This document shows, piece after piece, positions 53,661 through 60,983 of a stretch of 64,000 nucleotides of DNA; within the stretch, counting starts at the first letter, position 1; each line of letters starts with the position of its first letter. The notes below the pieces were generated by a model. It ran no database searches. It was given only the letters and a program-made list of their open reading frames with translations, and was not told where the DNA came from. Origin of the DNA: an uncultured Actinomycetes bacterium (GTDB lineage: Bacteria; Actinomycetota; Thermoleophilia; Gaiellales; JAICJC01); contig CAVRSB010000020.1 of NCBI GenBank assembly GCA_963723785.1, positions 25,543 to 89,542 on the forward strand, in the 5' to 3' direction. A program made the translations under genes and the position numbers.

Positions 53661-53682
53661 CTAGAGGAGTTTGGCTCAACCA
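53616..53682 (+). repeat. attL-like direct repeat (3' part of tRNA-Pro + 22 nt)
   Basis: CGGCTGGGGGCCGGGCGGTCGCAGGTTCAAATCCTGCCGCCCCGACTAGAGGAGTTTGGCTCAACCA is 67/67 identical to 60069-60135. Confidence 0.9.
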
Positions 53683-53735
53683 AGCGGGTACGTTGCTATC
53701 GGCGGTTTCTGCGATTCGTGTTCTACGCTAAGCGG

Positions 53736-53779
53736 CGTCCCTCGGGCGTCCCTCGAAGGATTTTCGGTGTCCGAGGGAC
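53736..53779. promoter_or_regulatory. Array of (C/T)GTCCCTCG sites near the left island end (two direct, 11-bp phased, plus one inverted)
   Basis: CGTCCCTCG occurs at 53736-53744 and 53747-53755. The inverted copy CGAGGGACA lies at 53772-53780. Confidence 0.5.
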
Positions 53780-54015
53780 AGCATTCCGCTGCCAGCCGAC
53801 TGAAACACTTAGTACAAAAGTGTCAGAAGTGTTTGAACCCGCTCCTAGAGCGGTAGATGAGGCCGCTGTCTTCCCATAGCTCGGGGATAGTGAGAGGCTG
53901 CACGAACCGGGCCGATCCCTTTTGTTGGCTCCACTACCAGGCAGCGACCCGGATGGGCCATAGCGAGTCACTCGCCCTGGTGTCAATGAGACGCTGCGGC
54001 GTGGGAGGTGTGACG

Positions 54016-54258
54016 CTAGCGCTGTTGAGGATCGAGATCCGATACCGGCGCGGGCGTCGAAAAGCGCACGTGGTGGGCGCCGCTGAACTCCTCGAAGAGT
54101 TTCTCGACCTCGGCGGTCCGCTTCTCGGTGATCATGAGCCGCAGTTCGTGTTTGTGCCAGGTGCAGAGGTCGGCGAGGCGGGGTATGTGGTCAGAAGAGG
54201 CGACGTAGCCTGCTTGGGTTACGCCGGGTCGGTCGCACCTGGGCCAGTTGCACGTCAC
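54016..54258 (-). CDS. Hypothetical small Cys/His-containing protein (80 aa)
   Basis: This is an intact ORF beginning MTCNWPRCDRP..LCTWHKHE.. (C-x4-C ... C-x2-H), possibly a zinc ribbon. It is the last gene of the minus-strand cluster in the island. No family is recognised. Confidence 0.4.
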   Translation of the reverse strand: MTCNWPRCDRPGVTQAGYVASSDHIPRLADLCTWHKHELRLMITEKRTAEVEKLFEEFSGAHHVRFSTPAPVSDLDPQQR

Positions 54259-54327
54259 AGCCGCACCCGGAGGCTCTGATCGCCGGACCGGAGGTTCGGG
54301 TGCTTGGCCGAATGTGTCACTTGGCTG

Positions 54328-55298
54328 CTACTGAGTGAGGGAGACGGAGTTGGCGTAGTTGGTGATGATATCCGCCCGGGAGGCGCGCTGGAGGGATTGT
54401 TGGAGTCGTATCCGGTGAACGTGCCGTCGATTACCTTGCCGCCGTTGCCCGAGCACGAGCCCGGCCCGATGCCGCCGGAGCAGCCGGAGATCGAGAAATA
54501 GACGAACGCCACAACTGTGGCCTGGGCGTTGGTGCCGTTGCCGAAAGGATCCTGCACGACCGGAACTACGACTGTGACCGGCCACGACATGGTGTCCCAA
54601 GGCGCTTGGCTGAGGTTCACACCCGGCTGTGGACCGTTGCCGGTCTTGGATTTTGTGATGCACGAGCCGATCTGGAGGGTGCCGGTCTGGATCGTGCCGT
54701 GCATGATGCCGTCGAGTTGAGCTTCGCCTGAGCCGGCGGTGGCGTAGGTGCAGGCGGTGCCGGCCGTCACGCCCGCGGCGGGGAGCTGGATCGCTCCGGC
54801 GTTCGAGGACGATGTCCCGCAGCTGCCGCCGTAGATCGAGGCTGTGGCGCCGACCTGGACGCATTCGGCTGCGACCGCGAACGGCACCACGCCGTCGGTG
54901 ATCGAGTGGATGCTCTGAATGGTCGCCACAGCGGTGGCGCTGACGTGGACGGTGTTGATGCCGAAGATCTTGGCGAAGTACGTGGGCGCGTCGTAGTCCA
55001 CCGTGACCTTCACCGAATCTCCCGGTACCGTGTTGGTGACCAGCGAGTAGTTTCCGGTTTCGCCGGGCTTTGAGTTCTTACCAAAATACGTGGCCGCAGC
55101 GTTCGACCACTGACCGGTGGGAATCTGACTGGCGCCGGCCAGGGCCGAAGCGTCTGCGACGGACTGGGCCTGGGCTTTGTCCTGATACCACGCGCCCGCG
55201 TCAATCGCCAGGGCGCACATGCCGAGCACGACGAACATGAAGAGGCAGATCATTGGGAGGGTTTGACCCGACTCTTTGTGACGTTTCGCGTGGCTCAC
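54328..55298 (-). CDS. TadG/TadE-like Flp pseudopilin family protein, paralogue 1 (1 frame change near the 3' end as assembled)
   Basis: GTG 55298 starts the gene. The N-terminus is ..KESGQTLPMICLFMFVVLGMCALAIDAGAWYQDKAQAQSVADASALAGA, which looks like a Tad N-terminal domain. The C-terminus, corrected by paralogy, ends ..ADIITNYANSVSLTQ at 54328. Paralogue 2 ends ..NNNTAYTTALTQ. Confidence 0.7.
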
Positions 55299-55304
55299 GA
55301 CCCG

Positions 55305-55333
55305 AGTATCCGAGAGGTATCGAATCGATGCAA
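55305..55333 (-). promoter_or_regulatory. Candidate sigma-70-type promoter TTGCAT-N17-GATACT placed for a leaderless transcript of TadG-like paralogue 1
   Basis: On the minus strand, the -35 TTGCAT lies at 55333-55328 and the -10 GATACT at 55310-55305. The GTG start at 55298 is 6 nt after the -10. This is sequence pattern only. Confidence 0.35.
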
Positions 55334-55540
55334 TACCACAAAATGTAAAGTTAATTGGGGTGAGCACCCCCAGGGACGTACGCACAATGACAAAACTACA
55401 GCACAGCAACGCGAACCTTACGGAAAGCGGGCTGTGCTGCAGTTCACAGTGTAGGTGTTACCTGGGTTCTCTTACGTAAAGCTATTTGACGCTAGTTCCA
55501 CCTCGCAACACTCGTCATGACAGGAGTACGCGGGCTGCTG

Positions 55541-56104
55541 CTACTTAGGGCCGCCGCCGTTGCCGCCCTTGTTGGAGTTCGCGGGTGGATCAGGTTGGGT
55601 GGGGTTTCCGTGTTGGTCTCCGGCCTTGCCGTGTTGGTCTCCGGATTTGCCGTGCTGGCCGGCCTTGCTCTTTCCACCGCTGGCGGCTGTGGAGATGGTC
55701 GCGCCTTTGTCGACTCCTTTGGCGGTGGTGGTGGTTGCCAGTGTTGAGATCTGGCTGCCATGGCTGTCGGAGCCAGAGGTCGCGGCTTTGGTGGCCTGGT
55801 GATCGGACTTGCCATTCGTGGAGGCGATGGCAGAGACCGCCTTGCCTTTGTCGCGCCCGGTCTCGTCCGTTGTCCGGGCCAGGTTTGAGACTGTCCCGCC
55901 GTGGTTGGCGGGGTGGTTGGGCTTGGTAGTGGAGTGGTCGCTGTGTCCCGGGTTGATTCCCAGGCGTTGCAGCACGGCTGAGGCATTGTCCGACGCTGCC
56001 GCCGGCAGCCCCGAGGCATACGCCACTCCACTGGTCGCGACAAGTGTTGTCGCCGCAATCACGGCGAAGGGGAGTCGTCTGGTGGGAGAAAGGTTTACGA
56101 TCAT
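55541..56104 (-). CDS. Secreted repeat protein rich in His/Gly/Lys/Thr (187 aa), function unknown
   Basis: AGAAGGGG lies 8 nt upstream of ATG 56104. The signal peptide ends VATSGVAYA. Internal repeats are HGGTVSNLARTT..GRDKGKAVSAIAS and HGSQISTLATTT..GVDKGATISTAAS. The C-terminal heptads KAGQHGK/SGDQHGK/AGDQHGN are encoded by three 21-bp tandem repeats (55608-55670). Confidence 0.6.
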   Translation of the reverse strand: MIVNLSPTRRLPFAVIAATTLVATSGVAYASGLPAAASDNASAVLQRLGINPGHSDHSTTKPNHPANHGGTVSNLARTTDETGRDKGKAVSAIASTNGKSDHQATKAATSGSDSHGSQISTLATTTTAKGVDKGATISTAASGGKSKAGQHGKSGDQHGKAGDQHGNPTQPDPPANSNKGGNGGGPK

Positions 56105-56125
56105 GGTAGTGACCCCTTCTGTGGT

Positions 56126-56290
56126 TTACAGAACGCCGATTACACTTGTGAGTTCGCCGCTGATAGCGGTAGAGAGCAGTCCCAGTGTCACAACTACGGC
56201 GATCGTGATGACCGCTAGCACAACGGCGTATTCCGCCATCGTTTGCCCGCTCTCGCCGGAGCGGTGGGTGATGTTGAGCATGTCCGTCAT
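56126..56290 (-). CDS. Flp/Fap-family type IVb prepilin
   Basis: AAGGGAGG lies 5 nt upstream of ATG 56290. The product is MTDMLNITHRSGESGQTMAEYAVVLAVITIAVVVTLGLLS... It has the Flp processing motif G/xxxxEY followed by a hydrophobic helix. The product is 54 aa. Confidence 0.8.
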   Translation of the reverse strand: MTDMLNITHRSGESGQTMAEYAVVLAVITIAVVVTLGLLSTAISGELTSVIGVL

Positions 56291-56344
56291 GGTTGCCTCC
56301 CTTGGTGATGGTCGACACTGGGTCATGGTTCCGGCTACGGGTGT

Positions 56345-56512
56345 TTAGTTGTCGCCGATCGCGTTTGCGAGCGGATCGAGCATTTCGGGGTGAAGGGTGA
56401 CGAGAGTGATCAGTAGGATGATCAAAACGACTGCGATGATCGCGGCCCAGACGAGCACCATGTCTCGTTTTATCTGGTCTCGTTGAGGCGCTGCTTTTCG
56501 TGGAGGTGTCAT
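56345..56512 (-). CDS. Small single-pass membrane protein (55 aa), hypothetical
   Basis: ATG 56512 overlaps the stop of the upstream TadG-like gene (ATGA). The TM helix is MVLVWAAIIAVVLIILLITLVTL. Confidence 0.45.
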   Translation of the reverse strand: MTPPRKAAPQRDQIKRDMVLVWAAIIAVVLIILLITLVTLHPEMLDPLANAIGDN

Positions 56513-57523
56513 TGTGTGAGAGCTGTTGTGTAGGCGGTGTTGTTGTTGGGGTCGTATGTGCCGCTGGTGCCGGTGGAATCGGCGCTGTCGAGCGCTACGA
56601 ACACACCGTTGATTTGTTTGCCGTCGTTGTTTTTGCAGTAGCTGGGATGGTCTGGGTCGCCGCAGCTGGTGATCACGAAGTAGGCGAATCCGACGACGGT
56701 CATGGGGCTGCTGGTGCCGTTTGGCCAGACGCTCTGCCCGGAGGGATTGGTGAGCACGGGGATGAGCACGAGCTGGGGGCTGTTGGAGTCCTTCACCGTC
56801 GCCGGTGTGCGTGGTGAAGTCGACGATCTGGTCGGCGGTCTGCCAGTTGGTGATGCGCGTGTTGAGGCCCTGGGCGGTCGGCCCGCTGTTGTCCCCCGGC
56901 TTGGTTTGGAGGGTTTCCCCAAGCGTGATCGGGCATACGGGCTGGTCGCCGGTGATCTCGTCCTGGTAGACGTTTGCGCCGCTGGGGACGGGGCAGTTGG
57001 CGCCGGCGACGTAGGGGAGGCTGAGTGCGCCGTTGTTGGCGTTGGCGGTGGTCTTGGTGTAGATCGAGTAGGGCTGGCCGGGGACGTAGGTGCCTTGCAG
57101 CACGCCCCAGGGCATGGCGTTCACGCCGTTGATGGTGGTGAACGACTCGACCGTGGCCTGGGCGGTGGCGGTCTCGGTGACCGAGTCGAGACCGAAGATG
57201 GTGGTGAAGAACGTGTCGACATTTCGGGTCGCCGTTACGGTCACCGAGTCGTCCGTGACTTGGTCGGTCGTGTTGCTGACCGTGAGTGAGTCTGACGGCA
57301 GCCCGTTTTCTGCGTACTGCTCGTTTGCCGCGTCGCGAGCCTGGGAGGTGCCGGAGGGGATCTTTGATGCTCCCGCAAGTGCCGCCGCGTCGGCGGCGTT
57401 TTGGAGTTCGCGGCGGTTCACCAGCCAGTTGCCGCCGTCGACCACCAGGCCGCTGACACCGAGCAGCGCCGTCATCAACACGACCAGCAGCACCAGCGTC
57501 TGTCCGCTCTCGCTGGTGGTCAT
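56509..57523 (-). CDS. TadG/TadE-like Flp pseudopilin family protein, paralogue 2 (1 frame change ~56805 as assembled)
   Basis: ATG 57523 starts the gene. The N-terminus is MTTSESGQTLVLLVVLMTALLGVSGLVVDGGNWLVNRRELQNAADAAALAGA. The C-terminal half (56509..56922 frame) aligns with paralogue 1 (..VVGFAYFVITSCG..GKQINGVF..). Confidence 0.72.
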
Positions 57524-57731
57524 GCCCGTTCCGCCCGATCCGCACGCGATTGGATCGCGTCGGTAACCCCCTCCAACAGCTCCATGGTGGACAAGAACCA
57601 CCACGCGGCCAAATCCTGCGGTTCACGCCGAGAATCCCCCTTCTGGGGGACTCGACCGAGTGTGGCAACCATAAGCTTGCCTTAGGCCGGTGCCCTGTCG
57701 ATAGATCCTTATCGCAGGAAACTCCCGAGAT

Positions 57732-59138
57732 GTGTGTCTTGGGATCTGTGGACTTCCAGTGGCAGTCGATTCTCCCAGCAACACCAGCGCAGCCTCACGT
57801 CTCACCGCGCTCTATCAGGAGCATGCTGGCAGCGTGTTTGGCTTCGCCATGTATCTCACCGGACGGCGGGAGGACGCCGAGGACGTCGTCCAGCACACGT
57901 TCATCCAGGCCTTCCGGATGCTCGAGGCTGGAGACGAGCTGATGTATCCCCGCTCGTGGCTGATGCGTGCGACCAAGAACCAGGCTCTCAACCTGATCCG
58001 CGATCGGCATGAGTTCCCGACCGAGAACATCGTGCTGGAAGCACGGCCCACGACCGATGCCGACCGTCGCGAGGCCGAGGAACTCGCCTTTGTGCGCGCG
58101 ACTCTGTGGACGCTGCCCGAAAACCAGCACCACGCGTTCGTGCTGAGACACTGGAGCGGGCTTTCCCAAAACGAGATCGCCGAGGTACTCGCCACCTCGC
58201 CGGCAGCCGTTGAGTCACTCCTGACCCGAGCCCGCAGCGCACTGGTCGAGGAACGCACCGTGACCGGCGGTGAGTGCCGAAGTGTGCGCACCCGATTGGT
58301 TGAAGCCGCAGAACTCACCGCGGCGCAGGTCGCGCACGTCGGCTCCTGCCGAAAATGCCGCAAGGCGCAGAACCGGTTGGCACGTGCCGCCGGGTTCGCC
58401 GCCACGTTCGTGCTCCTGCCCCGGCCACACGTCGCTCACGCACTCGCATCGGCCATCCCCGGATTCACACCACCTGCCGCAGGCATCGCCGGACTCGGCG
58501 CGGCCGGGGCTGGAAGCACCGCTGCACCCGCAGGGATCGTCTCCACCTCAAGCTCCGTGGCGGCCGCCGCGAAGGCCACCATCACTGCCAAGGTCGTCGT
58601 CGCCGCCATCACCGCGACCGCGGCCATCGCGGTCGTTCACCCGGTGAGAGAGCCGATCACCACCGCAATCCGAGACGTGGTGCCGGGGCTCTCCGCCGCT
58701 CACAATCCCTCGGTATCCGATTCCCCGTCAACACCCGGTAGCTCTGCCACAACCGGCAACGGCGATGGCCCACCCGCCGGGCACGGAACACCGAACGCCC
58801 ACGCCAACGCCAACGCTCACGGAAGCACGACCGCACATGGCCAAAGCGCCGCGCACGGCAAGACCGCTGCTCACGGAAAGAGTGCGGCCCACGGCAACTC
58901 AGGCGGCAATAGCGCGGCCCACAGCCAGGGCGCCACACACAAGCAGGCCCACCCCAGCAGGGCGCGGGCAGCACCGGCGTCGCCAAGGGCAACCCCCACA
59001 CAACCACAACCGGAACCACAAAGACGACTGGAAACGGCAAAGCGAACAGCAAAACCGGCCGGTGCCGCCGAGAACACAACCACCGGCAAAGGCAAGGCTC
59101 CAGCCACGCCACCCGGCAAAGCCAAGGGCAAGCCATAA
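57732..59138 (+). CDS. ECF sigma factor continuous (as assembled) with a ZAS-type anti-sigma domain, TM region and His/Ala/Gly/Lys-repeat tail
   Basis: Region 2 is LYQEHAGSVFGFAMYLTGRREDAEDVVQHTFIQAFR. Region 4 is HAFVLRHWSGLSQNEIAEVLATSPAAVESLLTRAR. The HxxxCxxC motif (HVGSCRKC) follows, then hydrophobic segments and AHGKTAAHGKSAAHGNS repeats. The junction contains GTGA (58260-58263). Removing one C of the run 58258-58259 would restore two separate genes. Confidence 0.7.
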   Translation: MCLGICGLPVAVDSPSNTSAASRLTALYQEHAGSVFGFAMYLTGRREDAEDVVQHTFIQAFRMLEAGDELMYPRSWLMRATKNQALNLIRDRHEFPTENIVLEARPTTDADRREAEELAFVRATLWTLPENQHHAFVLRHWSGLSQNEIAEVLATSPAAVESLLTRARSALVEERTVTGGECRSVRTRLVEAAELTAAQVAHVGSCRKCRKAQNRLARAAGFAATFVLLPRPHVAHALASAIPGFTPPAAGIAGLGAAGAGSTAAPAGIVSTSSSVAAAAKATITAKVVVAAITATAAIAVVHPVREPITTAIRDVVPGLSAAHNPSVSDSPSTPGSSATTGNGDGPPAGHGTPNAHANANAHGSTTAHGQSAAHGKTAAHGKSAAHGNSGGNSAAHSQGATHKQAHPSRARAAPASPRATPTQPQPEPQRRLETAKRTAKPAGAAENTTTGKGKAPATPPGKAKGKP

Positions 59139-59298
59139 AGCGGGAACACAGATCTGGCGGAGAGCCCGGAGCGTTCGGTCAGCAATCACTGTGGCTTCGG
59201 ATCGACCAACCTGGTACATAGCATGTCGGTGCGATCTGGGTACGGTACGATGGGGGGCTAAGCCCGACTAAGTGTCCACGACAGTCCGCGTGTACCCG

Positions 59299-59680
59299 CT
59301 AGGGATGCGTTGGGTGTGGAGGGTGGGTCTTGGTCGCGGTTTCGGTCACGGTCATAACGCTGACCACCGTGGAGACTTCCGTGGTGGTCGCAGTGAGCGT
59401 CGGAGGCACTGTGACCGTCTTGGTGGATGTCAATGTCTTCCGCTGCACTGGCACGGCGATCACCTGAGTTGAATGGGCGGTCGTCGGCGGTACCGGATCG
59501 TTGTCACCTTGGCAGCTACCCGAACGGTCTTCAAACCAGGTGTCTCCCGAGGGACCGCGCCTTGACCTGACGGGTGATGGTGATCGTGTACACCGCGGCA
59601 CTACGCTTGTCCGTGCCGCCACCTACCGTGCTCCCCACCGCAAAGCCGGCACCACATACAGCGATGAGGCCAATGCCCAT
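59299..59680 (-). CDS. Hypothetical membrane-anchored Thr/Val-rich protein (1 frame change as assembled)
   Basis: ATG 59680 gives MGIGLIAVCGAGFAVGSTVGG (TM). After a break at ~59560 the sequence continues ..TVTVPPTLTATTTEVSTVVSVMTVTETATKTHPPHPTHP. No family is recognised. Confidence 0.4.
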
Positions 59681-59946
59681 TGGAATGAAATACCGCTGAT
59701 CCAGGTTTAGATCACGCAACAAGGTCAAACCCCGGAAGGTTGGAAACCACGCACGCGCCGTTAGAAGATACCCGTTCGCTTCGGCCGCGACACACCACTC
59801 CCGGGATGACCCCGGGGTCGTCCGGTAGCGGCCGCGTGCCCCTTCCGCACTGTGCCGAGGCCTCACGCACCAATCGAGGCGTTGGGGGCGGCCGAGGCAT
59901 AGCACCGATCTGGTTTTCTTCACCGCTCACGAGGCCTCACCCACCG

Positions 59947-59966
59947 CGTCCCTCGCGTGTCCCTCG
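59947..59966. promoter_or_regulatory. Array of (C/T)GTCCCTCG sites near the right island end (two direct, 11-bp phased)
   Basis: CGTCCCTCG lies at 59947-59955 and TGTCCCTCG at 59958-59966. Orientation and spacing match the left-end pair. Confidence 0.5.
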
Positions 59967-60068
59967 AACACCTCGATCCACTGCAAACGACGTGAACCGC
60001 CGACCACTCTCTTTCACGTGTTTAGGCGAAATCCGCTTGGTTGAACCAACCTGAGGCTGCCTTTGGTG

Positions 60069-60135
60069 CGGCTGGGGGCCGGGCGGTCGCAGGTTCAAAT
60101 CCTGCCGCCCCGACTAGAGGAGTTTGGCTCAACCA
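60069..60135 (+). repeat. attR-like direct repeat (partial tRNA-Pro copy)
   Basis: This copy is identical over 67 nt. It lacks the 5' 29 nt of the tRNA, so it is not a functional tRNA. Confidence 0.9.
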
Positions 60136-60899
60136 GGTGGGTCGTGACTCGCGAGGCGACGCCAGTGGTACGGCGTGGTGGTGGAGACTTTGAGGAAGCC
60201 GGATCGCTCGAGGATGGGGCGTGAATATTCGGTGGAGTCGCTGTGGAGGAGTGCCTTGCCCGCCGCCAGGGCCGACCGGGCTCGGGCAGCAGTGAGTGCT
60301 CTGTAGATACCTTGGCGGCGCCAAGCTTCTAACGTGGCTCCACCCCAGATTCCGGCGAAGTCGGTGCCCGCGACGGGTTCGAGCCGTCCCGCGCTCACAA
60401 TCTGTCCGTCGGCCTCCGCCACCCACAATTCCATCCCGTCACCGAGTGCCAAACGACGCAGAAGCGCCGGAGCCGACTGATCTGAAATCGTGCCATCGAA
60501 GACCATGTCCTGCATAGCGGCCATCGCCCGAACGTCAGCTTCCTCCCATACCTGGCGCAGCGTGACACCGGCGGGCGGGCGGGCGTCGACGTCGAGCAAC
60601 TGCGCTCGTCCGATCATGATCGCCTCTGGCTCTTGACGCTCGAATCCATTCTGGAGCAGTGCCTCGTGAAGTCCAGGGGCGCGATCGTGACCGCGGGTCT
60701 TCCACTCAACGTGCGTGATCTCGGGATCCTCGCGGTAATGATCGAGGGCCTGTGCCACGAGCTGCGCGACGGGCTCGGCCTCGGTACCGTCGAGGTGTGG
60801 AGAGGTCACGAACCCTCGACCCCCAGCGAACCTCACCAAGCGAAGCGGGCCGAGGTGGGTCACAGCGACGGCACTCGGCGTTTCTGCGTCGGTGCGCAA
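60129..60899 (-). CDS. GNAT-family N-acetyltransferase
   Basis: This is an intact 256-aa ORF. The acetyl-CoA binding motif is ..WRRQGIYRALTAARARSALAAG... The stop and last two codons lie inside the right island repeat. Confidence 0.75.
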   Translation of the reverse strand: MRTDAETPSAVAVTHLGPLRLVRFAGGRGFVTSPHLDGTEAEPVAQLVAQALDHYREDPEITHVEWKTRGHDRAPGLHEALLQNGFERQEPEAIMIGRAQLLDVDARPPAGVTLRQVWEEADVRAMAAMQDMVFDGTISDQSAPALLRRLALGDGMELWVAEADGQIVSAGRLEPVAGTDFAGIWGGATLEAWRRQGIYRALTAARARSALAAGKALLHSDSTEYSRPILERSGFLKVSTTTPYHWRRLASHDPPG

Positions 60900-60983
60900 C
60901 TGTCGGTCATAGGCCGCGAGAAAGTCTTTAGCGTTCGTGCCGAGACCTTAGCGTGGCTGAACCGGATCCGGCGCGGAGGGAAC

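Larger units (their letters stand above)
53616..60135 (+). mobile_element. tRNA-Pro-associated genomic island (~6.5 kb) bounded by 67-bp direct repeats; no recombinase gene detected
   Basis: The repeats at 53616-53682 and 60069-60135 are identical. They comprise the 3' 45 nt of tRNA-Pro plus 22 nt of downstream flank. The interior has AT-richer intergenic patches and accessory-type genes. The GNAT gene's last codons lie in the right repeat. Confidence 0.75.

Noticed and set aside
55608-55670. Three 21-bp tandem repeats as a possible CRISPR or VNTR locus
   Set aside because: The units are contiguous without spacers and lie in frame inside the secreted repeat protein gene, where they encode the heptads KAGQHGK/SGDQHGK/AGDQHGN. 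They are a coding repeat, not a CRISPR array.
59680-60068. Search for an integrase, excisionase or their remnants at the right end of the island (ORFs 59531..59923 -, 59712..59930 -, 59740..60054 +)
   Set aside because: The translations are Arg/Pro-rich and lack recombinase catalytic motifs or excisionase-type HTH. Most likely this is non-coding sequence upstream of the Thr/Val-rich protein gene.
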